Source of the DNA: a virus
Strand: one strand, 5' to 3'
Virus record (IMG/VR): IMGVR_UViG_3300032132_000001
Coordinates: 42,573 to 106,572 of that record
DNA: 64,000 nt
Part shown: positions 38,658 through 47,700 of the stretch, piece after piece
How the letters are laid out: each line of letters begins with the position of its first letter
Numbering within the stretch: position 1 is the first letter of the stretch
Program-made: the position numbers and the translations under genes
Notes under the pieces: generated by a model
Database searches by the model: none
Told to the model about the DNA's origin: nothing
The model's input: only the letters and a program-made list of their open reading frames with translations

Positions 38658-39068
38658 CTAGATGCAGTCGGCTTCCGACACGTCCGCACCGCCGTCCTCG
38701 ATCCGCTCGACCGTAGCCGAGACGAGAGCGATCGGGGTGGCCTTGTAGACGCGCTTACCCTTCTTGCCACCGACGCCAATCTTCGCCGCCTTACGCATAC
38801 GATCCCAGGCCGTCTGACCGGCTTCGTCCTGGTGATGCCGCCAGATGCCGACATCCTGCATGCGGAGCGTCGCTTCCTTCTTGTCCTTGAACCGGACAAC
38901 GAGGAGCAGATGGAAGTTACCCGGACGCGAGCCCAGGTGACCCTTCGGCGAACCGGCCAGACGCAGCAACTCCTGCAGGTTACAAACCCGCATCTGCTTC
39001 TGATCGTGCTCGACGATAGCTTCGGTAGTGTCGAACTTCAGGAAACCAACAGTCTTCTTCGAAGGCAT
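38658..39068 (-). CDS. P-family paralog 4 (MPSKKTVGFLKF leader, HHQDEAG core, acidic tail)
   Basis: track ORF. Confidence 0.5.
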   Translation of the reverse strand: MPSKKTVGFLKFDTTEAIVEHDQKQMRVCNLQELLRLAGSPKGHLGSRPGNFHLLLVVRFKDKKEATLRMQDVGIWRHHQDEAGQTAWDRMRKAAKIGVGGKKGKRVYKATPIALVSATVERIEDGGADVSEADCI

Positions 39069-39266
39069 GGGAACTCCATGTTCTTAGGCGAAGAAGTCCT
39101 ACTGGAGGCGGGACCTCCCCGCCCAACCTAGCTTCCCCTGCTCAAGCTTGAGCGGGGATTTGTGTCCCACAACATGTGGGAGCACAACATTCGGCCGTGA
39201 GACCGAATGCTGTTGACATTGACACAACGCCGATCGACGAGTGCCTGTCAACATGCCACGAATGGC

Positions 39267-39342
39267 TGGCGGGTCATACGGGATTTGAACCCGCAACACA
39301 CGGTTTTAGAGACCGTTGCTCTACCAATTGAGCTAATGACCC
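39267..39342 (-). tRNA. amber-suppressor tRNA (anticodon CTA, reads UAG), class I, CCA encoded
   Basis: GGGTCATTAGCTCAATTGGTAGAGCAACGGTCTCTAAAACCGTGTGTTGCGGGTTCAAATCCCGTATGACCCGCCA; perfect 5-bp anticodon stem ACGGT/ACCGT, loop CTCTAAA. Confidence 0.75.
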
Positions 39343-39658
39343 AGGAGGAGTGGTGGACCTTTCTCATCAACCGAAGGTGAAGAGCCTAGGTTCACCCCCG
39401 ACGCGGATACTCGATTAAGTGGACCCCGTAGCAACGACGACACACCCCCACCACTCCTTGACTAAGAAGAAAGAAGAGCCGACCTTCAGGTGAGAAGACG
39501 TATAACAAACTTGTCCCCCTTTACCGGTCACTCACCCCGGCGATCAACCCAGAGCGGATCAGGAACTTAGGCGGGCTCGGACGTCTCCCTCGGCTCTTCC
39601 TTCCAATACGCCGCAGCCCGACCCCCATACAGCAGGGTCGGGCATTGGCTAGGAGTTG

Positions 39659-40528
39659 TTAGGCCGTCTTGCGACCCTTCTTCCCCTCACGCTTCTCGGC
39701 GGCGATGATCTCGAACGCCTCGTACAGCGCGTTCTTCTTCCGCGCCACCTTGCTGCGCTGTCGTGGCGGGCTCTCGATCTGCAGCAGGTGCCGCCAGCCG
39801 GCGGGGGTGAGTCCGCTTGCCGTGGGCTGTCCACTGCTGGGACGCTCGAACATGACGGGCATCTGTGCGGCCCGCGCGTCACGCCGCGCCTGCGCTTCCA
39901 CCTCACGCGCCTCGCGGCGCAGAGCGTCACGCTCCCGCTTCTTCTCCTGCCGGGACACGTCGTCCTCGGCCAGCCGCTTGGCCAGCATCGGCTTCGCGCC
40001 GCCGTGGTGGAGTCCGCGCTTGACGCACAGCTCCTTCAGCTTGCCGGTCGCGTCCTTCTCGTACCGCTTGGCGAACTTCGCCACCAGCTTCTGCCGCTTC
40101 CGCCGATCCTTCTCCTCCTGGCTGATGCCGGGACGGAAGAAGCGGTCGCAGTAGAACCGCAGCTGGCTGTCGGAGAGGGAGGCCGGTCCCCACCCCTTCG
40201 GTGCGTCTTCGACGTTGCAGAACAGCGTCCTCTTCAGCGCGGCGATCTTGTCGCTCTCCATGCGGAGCGCGAACAGGAGCGCCTTCCGCTCCAGCGGGTC
40301 GCCCTTCTTGACCGCCCGCACGCCCTGGACCAGGACGAGCTTCGCGATCTCCTTGGCGGCCTGGTTCTGGCCACTGGCCTTCTTCGCCTCGGCGATACGC
40401 TGCGCCTTCGACGGGCCGGTCTTCTGCGGAGCGGCCTGCTGGTTGCTCCGCTTCTTCCGACGCGCCTTCTTCCGCTCGCGACCCAGCTTTCCCTTCTCTG
40501 CGTGCTGCTTCTCGTTCTTCGACGACAT
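39659..40528 (-). CDS. highly basic Lys/Arg/Ala-rich hypothetical protein
   Basis: track ORF in locally GC-richer DNA; preferred over antisense ORF 39656..40582. Confidence 0.45.
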   Translation of the reverse strand: MSSKNEKQHAEKGKLGRERKKARRKKRSNQQAAPQKTGPSKAQRIAEAKKASGQNQAAKEIAKLVLVQGVRAVKKGDPLERKALLFALRMESDKIAALKRTLFCNVEDAPKGWGPASLSDSQLRFYCDRFFRPGISQEEKDRRKRQKLVAKFAKRYEKDATGKLKELCVKRGLHHGGAKPMLAKRLAEDDVSRQEKKRERDALRREAREVEAQARRDARAAQMPVMFERPSSGQPTASGLTPAGWRHLLQIESPPRQRSKVARKKNALYEAFEIIAAEKREGKKGRKTA

Positions 40529-40670
40529 GTCATTCCCCTGGTAGGGACTTCTCGGTTACAACGCCCACAGTTGGGCAATTGATTCATTGTTCGGTTGACC
40601 AGGGTTGGACACAGCACGCTTCCAACAGCTTGTATCCCGTCCCAACATGGGACGGGCACAAGCCAAGGAA

Positions 40671-40898
40671 CTAAACTTCGTATTCGAGGATGTCGATGGT
40701 GACGAGCCAGTTCCACGACTCACCACCTTCCCACGAACCTTCTTTCTCTTCAGTGAAGGTGAGATTGGTATCGTCTATCTCCTTCTGGACGATACCACGA
40801 GCCTCGGCAGGATCTCGGGTCACATCGACCACACGACCGTCACCACCATCGACGCCGTGGTTGTCCGATCGGTGGATGACGTAGACCTTCACTTCCAC
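40671..40898 (-). CDS. hypothetical acidic protein
   Basis: track ORF. Confidence 0.4.
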   Translation of the reverse strand: MEVKVYVIHRSDNHGVDGGDGRVVDVTRDPAEARGIVQKEIDDTNLTFTEEKEGSWEGGESWNWLVTIDILEYEV

Positions 40899-41167
40899 GG
40901 CCGGGAGTACGGCTGTGCCGGATCGTATTCCGGATTGGGTTCGGGGATTCGAAGCTCACCGATCCTCTCGTACGCCGTGTCCTCGACCAAGCACGACAGC
41001 CGGTGGATCTGCCAGCTGAGGTAGTCGAACGGCCTGGTGAGCCAGTACGACGCCTCTTGGACGAGCCGGCTGGCCCGATCCAGAGTGAGGACGATCAGTT
41101 GCCAGAACAGGCGGTACCGCTGCTTGCTGGGGTTCATTGAACCCTCCTTGTAGGGGTTTCGTTCCAA
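40889..41167 (-). CDS. hypothetical protein (likely start MNPSKQRYR at 41137)
   Basis: track ORF; AAGGAGGG RBS. Confidence 0.4.
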   Translation of the reverse strand: MERNPYKEGSMNPSKQRYRLFWQLIVLTLDRASRLVQEASYWLTRPFDYLSWQIHRLSCLVEDTAYERIGELRIPEPNPEYDPAQPYSRPWK

Positions 41168-41216
41168 CAGGGCTTATCCCGCTCCCTGGTGGGAGCGGGC
41201 ATCACCCTTGAGATTC

Positions 41217-41609
41217 TTAGCCGGCGAGAACCTCATCGATCTCACGTTCCAGCTCCTTCTGAGCCAGCACCGCCGCGTAGACCTCGCTGTGGTACTCGTC
41301 CCGCAGCACCATCGGTGCGTCCGGGTTGAGTGCCAGCTCGATCTTGCTGACGATGTGGTCGTGGGGATCCTCGCCGAAGAGATCGTCGGCGATAGCCTTG
41401 GCGGTGAAGAGGCGCATCTCGTCCACCGGGACGGTCCCGTTGACCGGGAACTCACGGCGCTGGACCGTCTTCCCCTTGGCCCTGACCTCGATGCCGACGA
41501 GATCGCCGTAGGTCGTCTTGGGTGACTGACACGAGAACCTCTCGGGCGTGATCAGAGCGATCACGTAGCCGAGGAATCGCATGCCGGCACCAGTCTTGGG
41601 GTTACGCAT
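41217..41609 (-). CDS. hypothetical protein; 9-codon upstream ORF beginning at motif ATG
   Basis: track ORF. Confidence 0.45.
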   Translation of the reverse strand: MRNPKTGAGMRFLGYVIALITPERFSCQSPKTTYGDLVGIEVRAKGKTVQRREFPVNGTVPVDEMRLFTAKAIADDLFGEDPHDHIVSKIELALNPDAPMVLRDEYHSEVYAAVLAQKELEREIDEVLAG

Positions 41610-41743
41610 AGAACAAACACTCCTGGGTCTAAGTTACGTGCAGATGGACACAACGCCCAACATGTCACGCTAATGGGACCAAGGCAAGCCTTGGCCTCGC
41701 CACCTGTGTGAGTTAGGAGCGAACACAGGATCGCTCGTCCAGA

Positions 41744-42058
41744 TCAGTCGTCATGTGGACCCATTCTGGACTGATGGGATGGTTCTGACTCAGGCAGTTT
41801 GGGTTTCACCAACCTCGCCTTGAGTCTGTCGATTCCGATCCTGCCACAGGCTCGGATGCAACCCTTGCACCCGCAGCAGTTCACCGCTTCTCGCATCCCA
41901 GTTGGGCGATGGAGAAGACGGACAACCCCTCGGGCAGGGTGATTGCACCCCGGTGCCGCGCAGACAGGTCTCGGTTTCAGCGTCGGTCCGTTGATGCAGT
42001 AGGAGTTGGCGGGGACCGGCAAGACCGCCAACAAGCACAATACGATCAGTTTCTTCAT
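41744..42058 (-). CDS. secreted Cys-rich protein with signal peptide
   Basis: MKKLIVLCLLAVLPVPANS followed by many Cys; start moved to ATG 42056-42058 behind GGAGGTG. Confidence 0.5.
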   Translation of the reverse strand: MKKLIVLCLLAVLPVPANSYCINGPTLKPRPVCAAPGCNHPARGVVRLLHRPTGMREAVNCCGCKGCIRACGRIGIDRLKARLVKPKLPESEPSHQSRMGPHDD

Positions 42059-42254
42059 GGTCACCTCCAACAGGCTAAATCCCGCCCCCTGATGGGGGCG
42101 GGCAGATCAGTTTAGCCGTTGATCCATGACTTGGCGGATACGATCTCTCTTCTTTCTGATCTCACCGCCTTGCTTGAGCGCCTTGCGGATCGCCTCCTCA
42201 TCGTAGAGACAGAGGAGGAGACCGCTCGGCATCGCAACCACGATCATTCTCATC

Positions 42255-42497
42255 TCACTCTCCTTTGCAGCGGAAGGGGATCTTGGAGCAACCGAAGAGT
42301 ACGTTGCCGAAGATCAGGTACCAGTGGAGCCCGTCCTTGACAGCCGAGTTCAGCATGATCCCAACCAGCGTGTCGGCGCACATGGAGTTGGTTTTCCCTC
42401 CACCGTCTCCGTTGTCGTAGTAGGCGGTCAAGTGGTGGCCGATGCTATCCTTGATCTCGGCCACAGTTGACACCCCACTGTGCAGCTCGCGGCTCAT
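42255..42497 (-). CDS. hypothetical protein
   Basis: track ORF. Confidence 0.35.
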   Translation of the reverse strand: MSRELHSGVSTVAEIKDSIGHHLTAYYDNGDGGGKTNSMCADTLVGIMLNSAVKDGLHWYLIFGNVLFGCSKIPFRCKGE

Positions 42498-42928
42498 GCT
42501 TCCGCCCCGATCAGCTTACCGTCGAGATGGTCCATCTCGTGCTGCATCACCCTGGCTTCCCACGGTGACTGGGACTGGTGCCGCTTCTTCCGTCCCTTGG
42601 AGTCCTCGTACTCGATGAGGACGATGGGGAAGCGCAACACCTTGACGGCCCTGTCGGGGAGGGAGAGGCAGCCTTCGATGGCGTACTCCCGCTTGCCCCT
42701 GGCCCTGTGCAACACAGGGTTGAAGAAGACGCGTTCCATCCCCTTCACCCCACTGGCGTTCATCACGAAGAACCGCCGAGTGATGCCAACCTGCGGTGCG
42801 GCCAGACCAGCTCCGTTCGCCGCATACATCAGGCCGATCATCTCACGGACGGTATCGTCGTGGACGCTTGGATCCGCATGGGAGCACACTTGCTCCAGCA
42901 CAGGATCCGGATGGATGACGATTTTCAT
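42494..42928 (-). CDS. def: peptide deformylase
   Basis: GxGLAAPQVG, EGCLSLP and HEMDHL motifs; start MKIVIHPD at 42926-42928 behind GGAGG. Confidence 0.85.
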   Translation of the reverse strand: MKIVIHPDPVLEQVCSHADPSVHDDTVREMIGLMYAANGAGLAAPQVGITRRFFVMNASGVKGMERVFFNPVLHRARGKREYAIEGCLSLPDRAVKVLRFPIVLIEYEDSKGRKKRHQSQSPWEARVMQHEMDHLDGKLIGAEA

Positions 42929-43006
42929 CCTGGATTCCTCCTGTAGAGTCCTTTTCCAACAGGCTAAACCCCGTCCCAACATGGGACGGGCTTCAACCCT
43001 TGCCGA

Positions 43007-43663
43007 CTAGATCCTGATGCCATAGTCCTGAGTTTTGGTCATCAGGTAGATCTTGTGGGCGATGGACGCTGCTTGGCCCCAGAGATGCCTGTGGAGCGCT
43101 TCCCAGTCGGTCGTGTCGCTGCGCCGGATCGGGATTTCCAGCAGGACGTTCTCACCCTCGTACATGAGGATCTTGGCCGTGATGTTGTCGGGGAGGGAGT
43201 CTTCCTCATATCCCAACTGGATCAAGTGCTTGTCGGCCACTGCGAACCGAGTACACTGGAGTGGCGGTTCGCAGAACTGAGGGGTGGGGAGGCCGAGTGA
43301 CTTGCTGTACATCTGGGACAGCCCTCGGGCAAGCACGATGTCCGGAGACACCCCACCGCAGCCGTAGCCGTAGTACAAGCCGACCCTTTCCCAGCCGTTC
43401 GGCTGTTCCACTTCCGGCATGTCGAGGTACTTGCGGCAGACGTTGACGATATGGAGAAGCTTGAGCCGACGCTTACGCCGACGTTCCCCACCCCATCGTC
43501 CCCCTTCCACGGCCACCGTGCAGACCGCGTACCACTGGTACGTCTTCTTGAGTTCGTTCTGGAGCTTGGTGGTGAACCAAGTCAGGATCGCCAGCACCTT
43601 ATAGGGCGCGGTTCCTGCTGGCACGAACTGGTGTTGGTAAAGGTGTTGGCGTAGCACAGCCAT
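43007..43663 (-). CDS. hypothetical protein
   Basis: track ORF trimmed to MAVLRQ (ATG 43661-43663). Confidence 0.45.
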   Translation of the reverse strand: MAVLRQHLYQHQFVPAGTAPYKVLAILTWFTTKLQNELKKTYQWYAVCTVAVEGGRWGGERRRKRRLKLLHIVNVCRKYLDMPEVEQPNGWERVGLYYGYGCGGVSPDIVLARGLSQMYSKSLGLPTPQFCEPPLQCTRFAVADKHLIQLGYEEDSLPDNITAKILMYEGENVLLEIPIRRSDTTDWEALHRHLWGQAASIAHKIYLMTKTQDYGIRI

Positions 43664-43723
43664 ACCCCCGGATAGAAAAGTTGTCAACTACGCGATGCCC
43701 GACCCAGGGGGTCGGGCAACACG

Positions 43724-43969
43724 CTACCGAGTGGGGGAGAGACCTCTCTTGGTCTTGGAGCCGTACTCCAGCTTGAAGTGCCTCTCCAGAGCCGAGCCCA
43801 GGAGGCACATCTCGTCGCCCCAGGAGGCATCCGTCTGCACGGACCGAGCTTCCAGCAGGGCCAACTTCACCTCTGCCAGGACCTTAGCCAGGTCCTTTTC
43901 CACCCAGGAGTGTCCTCCACGGACGAAGCGCGCCAGAATGCACGCCAGTTTCATCGCGTCGTCCATCAT
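43724..43969 (-). CDS. hypothetical protein
   Basis: track ORF. Confidence 0.4.
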   Translation of the reverse strand: MMDDAMKLACILARFVRGGHSWVEKDLAKVLAEVKLALLEARSVQTDASWGDEMCLLGSALERHFKLEYGSKTKRGLSPTR

Positions 43970-44043
43970 TCATCCTTCCGTTATAGAAGTGTTCCAACAG
44001 GCCATAGCCCGTCCCCAACATGGGACGGGCAATGACCTTACTG

Positions 44044-44250
44044 CTAGCCGAGCTTGATGAAGGTGAATCCCCAATCGGGGAGCTGGTCGGCGCAGGGCTC
44101 GCTACGCGTCGAAACCTCATCCTTGGAGGGAAGAGGGCCGTGCACCTTCTTGTCGTACTGCGTCCATCCCCGGCCAACCCACCGGGAGCAGACGCCGCTG
44201 GCCAACTCCCAGCGGCACACCATGACGTGGAGGACTTGGATGATGTCCAT
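44044..44250 (-). CDS. hypothetical protein
   Basis: track ORF. Confidence 0.35.
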   Translation of the reverse strand: MDIIQVLHVMVCRWELASGVCSRWVGRGWTQYDKKVHGPLPSKDEVSTRSEPCADQLPDWGFTFIKLG

Positions 44251-44251
44251 C

Positions 44252-44920
44252 TTAGACCCTCGTCAGCTTGGCGTCATCGGCGCTGGTGCCGGTGTACTGG
44301 TACGGCGACTTGTTGAAGCGGTACGGACCGTGGCCGAAAGCCCACGATTGCCGCTCCCAGAAGCCCTCGACCTCGTCCCAGAAGAGATCCGTCTGCACTT
44401 CCTTGCAGTACGCACCTTCCTGGTTGAGGATGAACATCGCCTTCACCGGGCCCTCGTAGACCACGCCGGGATGATTGAGATCGATCCACTTGGCGTTGTA
44501 GAGGATCTTGGCTCGCCACAGGTTGGTGTTGAACTCCCTGGCGATTTCCCTCGTGGCGATGCGGAACTGGCAGTCGATGCACGCCGTGTAGATCGACTCC
44601 CCGATCATCTGGAAGTATTCCACTTCCTTCCCGCAGCAGACGATCCGGCTTCCGGCCTGTAACTTCCACATCAGCTCGGAACGTTCGTCGTAGGCTCGGA
44701 GATCGGACTGTGTTGCACCGGGACCGCACACCCAGTCGTGCATATTACAGCCACCTGGGCCGTTACGGGGCTGAGCCGCCAGATCCTTCCGACCCTGTTG
44801 GAGCTTGTCCGCTATCTCGCCCACCCTGGACAGGTCCAACTGGTCCCGTCGCAACAGGTAATCGGGCATCGGACCCGTCCCCAGCACCCAGAGGATGAGT
44901 GCCATGCTTCTCTCGAACAT
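44252..44920 (-). CDS. hypothetical protein
   Basis: track ORF. Confidence 0.45.
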   Translation of the reverse strand: MFERSMALILWVLGTGPMPDYLLRRDQLDLSRVGEIADKLQQGRKDLAAQPRNGPGGCNMHDWVCGPGATQSDLRAYDERSELMWKLQAGSRIVCCGKEVEYFQMIGESIYTACIDCQFRIATREIAREFNTNLWRAKILYNAKWIDLNHPGVVYEGPVKAMFILNQEGAYCKEVQTDLFWDEVEGFWERQSWAFGHGPYRFNKSPYQYTGTSADDAKLTRV

Positions 44921-45006
44921 CTTTCATCTCCTTTGGATGAGTTCTGTGTCAACTACGCTAAACCCGATCCCGCCAACATGGCACGGGATCGGGCAAGCGC
45001 AACAGA

Positions 45007-45207
45007 TCAGATGAACTCGGGTACATCGGAGGGGTCAGGGAGTTGGATCCGCTGGGGATCGATGAGGAGGATCTTGTGGTCGATCTTCCTCTCTTTCTCC
45101 AGCTGAGCTTCCACGGCACACAGTCGGACGTGGAGGTAGATGATGACGCCACCGAGCACGGCGACCACCATCAGGAGGATCAGTTGATCCACGATTTTGA
45201 GCTTCAT
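45007..45207 (-). CDS. small membrane protein
   Basis: track ORF with TM helix. Confidence 0.4.
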   Translation of the reverse strand: MKLKIVDQLILLMVVAVLGGVIIYLHVRLCAVEAQLEKERKIDHKILLIDPQRIQLPDPSDVPEFI

Positions 45208-45404
45208 CCGGTCATCTCCAGACGGGGTTGGAGGTAGATGGGTTGAGTGATCTTGCCGGTCTTCCGGAGTTCAGCAACCTCCTTGATGATCTCAGAAGAT
45301 CTCAAGTCGATTTCCGGCTCGAAGAGGTTCCAGCACTTATCACTCAGCGGCCGGTCCTGGTCGGGATTCCTCAACCCCATGACCCATGGGACTTGTGCGT
45401 GCAT
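45204..45404 (-). CDS. hypothetical protein
   Basis: track ORF. Confidence 0.35.
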   Translation of the reverse strand: MHAQVPWVMGLRNPDQDRPLSDKCWNLFEPEIDLRSSEIIKEVAELRKTGKITQPIYLQPRLEMTG

Positions 45405-45881
45405 TTGCGATCTCCTTTCTTCGCAGTCGTGTCAACAGTCTGAAACCCGCCCCCGGAGGGGCGGGCTGCCTTTATCGGCAAATCAAACTATCGAGTCATC
45501 ACGCCTCCCTGACCTCACCGTCCTGCGCAGAAGGATGCTGGTCGCCAACTTAATGCTGCCCGTTCCACATCGCATGGAACGACACCAATCTGACACAGGA
45601 CGCAAGATCCGAAGAGAAGGTTCTAGTATTGTCAACTCCAAGAATCCCGTCCCCAACAAAGGGGACGGGCAGGAGAAGCCTACTTCCAGACGCCGATTGA
45701 CTGGAGGATGATGCTGGCGATCACGATCGGCCCATAAGCCAACGCCGCGTACAAGCAGTACACGGGAAGGATGGGGACCAACATCAGGTATGACAGGATA
45801 CGCATTCGCAACCTCGGTTCACTAGAGAGTTATCTCGGACAACAGCTCTTATCCCGCCCCCAGGAGAGGGCGGGCAATCTA

Positions 45882-46187
45882 TCACGGCGTTGGGGGAACG
45901 TGGAGCTTCTCTGCCTCTTTCTTCAGCAGGTCCAGCATCTGACCGTGCAGCTGCTGCCCCATCCTGGTCCCCTGCAGCACCTCCAAGCAGTTCACTTCGG
46001 GGGCACCCAGGAGGCGGTAGAGTCGGTTGAAGATCAGAGCAACTTCATCCGACTCGAAGTGCTCGACGCTGACGAGATAGTGGTCCAACCACTCCCACAG
46101 CTCCCGGGTTCCCTTCATCACCATCGTCCGTGCGAATTGCAGCCGCAGCGGCTCGTGGGTGAGAAGAGAGGTTAGTACCATTAGCAT
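45882..46187 (-). CDS. hypothetical protein
   Basis: track ORF. Confidence 0.4.
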   Translation of the reverse strand: MLMVLTSLLTHEPLRLQFARTMVMKGTRELWEWLDHYLVSVEHFESDEVALIFNRLYRLLGAPEVNCLEVLQGTRMGQQLHGQMLDLLKKEAEKLHVPPTP

Positions 46188-47107
46188 CTGCCCCTCCTGA
46201 GCAAAGAGATGTTGAGCTTCTTACTGATAGCTCTGTCAACAGCATAAAGCCCGCCCTCCAAAAAGGAGGGCGGGCCACCATTCACCTAAAAACAAGCACC
46301 CGCCACAGATTCATTATGGCAGCAGCTGTCCCCGTGGGCGGGCAATTGGGTGACAACCTTCACGCTGCAACTCTGGCGGTTCAAACCGCGTCGGTCTACA
46401 TGACGTCTCCTCGCTTTACGCTTAGGGTGCTAGTTGACAACTGGTTGAATCCCGACCCCATAAAGGAGTCGGGCGTTACCCATGTTAGACAGGTTGGATT
46501 TGGTGGGAAGTTGAATGTGTTTGGAGCTTATGGGGGAGGAGGGGGAGAGATCGGCCTCTCCGTCTTTTTCCTTGCCCTTCCCCGCTTGACAAGAGTCCAT
46601 TACAATACCTGACCACCGGTTGAGTACCAGGAAAGCAGGGAGAGCAAAGGAGAGGGCAGGAGAGCTGGTATCTTCGGGAACCCGAAAACCTCTGCGCGGG
46701 GCAATGGCTCCTATCTGTGACCTAATATTGAGCCTCGCACTGTCCCCCACTCTTATGCAAAAGGGGTCTACCCCTCTCTTCAGTGCACTCGTGTGATATT
46801 CGAGCACCCACTGAGTGTTGACAGTACATTGAGCTTCGCCCTTCTTCTCCACAGGATCCCTCATATCCCCAACATGACACGCGCATTCCTCCCTGGGGGA
46901 ACAATCTCAATGTGACCTAGTGGGCTAAGTCCCTAGTTGACTATTGCTCCACCCGTAAGGGCGTTAGTTAACAGGCACTTATCAGCGCCTTATCAACCTA
47001 ATATTGGAGGAGGGACTTGACACTAGACCGAGCAAACATTGACTCACCCACTCCTATATGAGCCCGGTTTGAGTCAGGTAGGGTCTGACTGACAATCTAT
47101 AGAAAAA

Positions 47108-47136
47108 GGCCCGCCCCCACATAGTAGGGGCGGGCC
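47108..47136. terminator. GC-rich palindromic hairpin GGCCCGCCCC-n9-GGGGCGGGCC (one of about 13 similar units)
   Basis: read directly; others at about 38614-38635, 39135-39157, 40636-40656, 41178-41199, 42081-42102, 42970-42990, 43697-43717, 44008-44029, 44963-44993, 45446-45465, 45646-45669, 45853-45874, 46249-46275. Confidence 0.6.
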
Positions 47137-47163
47137 TCGGGTACTGCGGTCGCTAGGGGTCTC

Positions 47164-47523
47164 CTAGATGTCCAGCTCGTCGGCCTCGGCGGCGAGGATG
47201 GCGTCGGCCAGGTCGCTCGGGGCGACGGCCTTGACCTCGACGAACTTCAGCTGGAAGCGCGACTTCTTCACCTTGGCCAGGATGTCCTGGGTGGCCTGGG
47301 GCTGGTGAGAGAGGACGAGCGTACCCGTGCTGGTGAGGTGGAACACGGTGCCCTTGTCCGTCTTGCAGACCAGGGCCACGCACTCGCGGCCGTCACGGGA
47401 CTTGTCCTTGTTGGCGACGCGCTTGCCCTTCGGGGCCTTCGCCTGGACGGCAGCGCCGTTCTCGATGCTGTAGGCCAGGGCGTCGGACGTGAGGGACAGG
47501 AGGATGCGGAGGGCGGTCTTCAT
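47164..47523 (-). CDS. P-family paralog 5 (divergent; acidic AAEADELDI tail); last minus-strand gene before strand switch
   Basis: track ORF with AAGGAAAGGA RBS. Confidence 0.45.
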   Translation of the reverse strand: MKTALRILLSLTSDALAYSIENGAAVQAKAPKGKRVANKDKSRDGRECVALVCKTDKGTVFHLTSTGTLVLSHQPQATQDILAKVKKSRFQLKFVEVKAVAPSDLADAILAAEADELDI

Positions 47524-47546
47524 GGTGTACAGTCCTTTCCTTGTAC

Positions 47547-47700
47547 GGGGGACCGTCCCCTTTTAGGGGGACTAGTCCCCCTAGCGATAAACATACTATC
47601 CACGGCGGGACACTCCCCCCCACAGATGGGTGGGGGGGCCCGCCGCCCGCCCCCCGGCAACGGGCGGGGGCGCGCCCCCGGCGGGGAGGACCTGGTTACC
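47547..47700. promoter_or_regulatory. divergent intergenic region with three near-perfect G/C palindromes and G-tracts (bidirectional promoter and/or replication-associated element)
   Basis: GGGGACCGTCCCC, 18-bp AGGGGGACTAGTCCCCCT, and CCCCCCCAC-n6-GTGGGGGGG, followed by GGGCGGGGGCGCGCCCCCGGCGGGG. Confidence 0.45.

Noticed and set aside
39656-40582. 308-aa plus-strand ORF (Leu/Arg/Pro-rich)
   Set aside because: Antisense shadow of the basic Lys/Arg-rich minus-strand gene 39659..40528, which fits the local operon direction and has a terminator hairpin after it.
43680-43690. TTGACA / TTGGAAC boxes after hairpins read as sigma70 -35 elements
   Set aside because: The distance to the downstream ATG (about 20-25 nt) leaves no room for a 17-bp spacer, -10 and leader. 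Reported instead as an unexplained conserved box.
46430-46864. 144-aa minus-strand ORF in the gene desert
   Set aside because: Alt-start ORF with no RBS and low-complexity Ser/Pro/Gly stretches. It spans a region with repeats and motif copies. Treated as non-coding.
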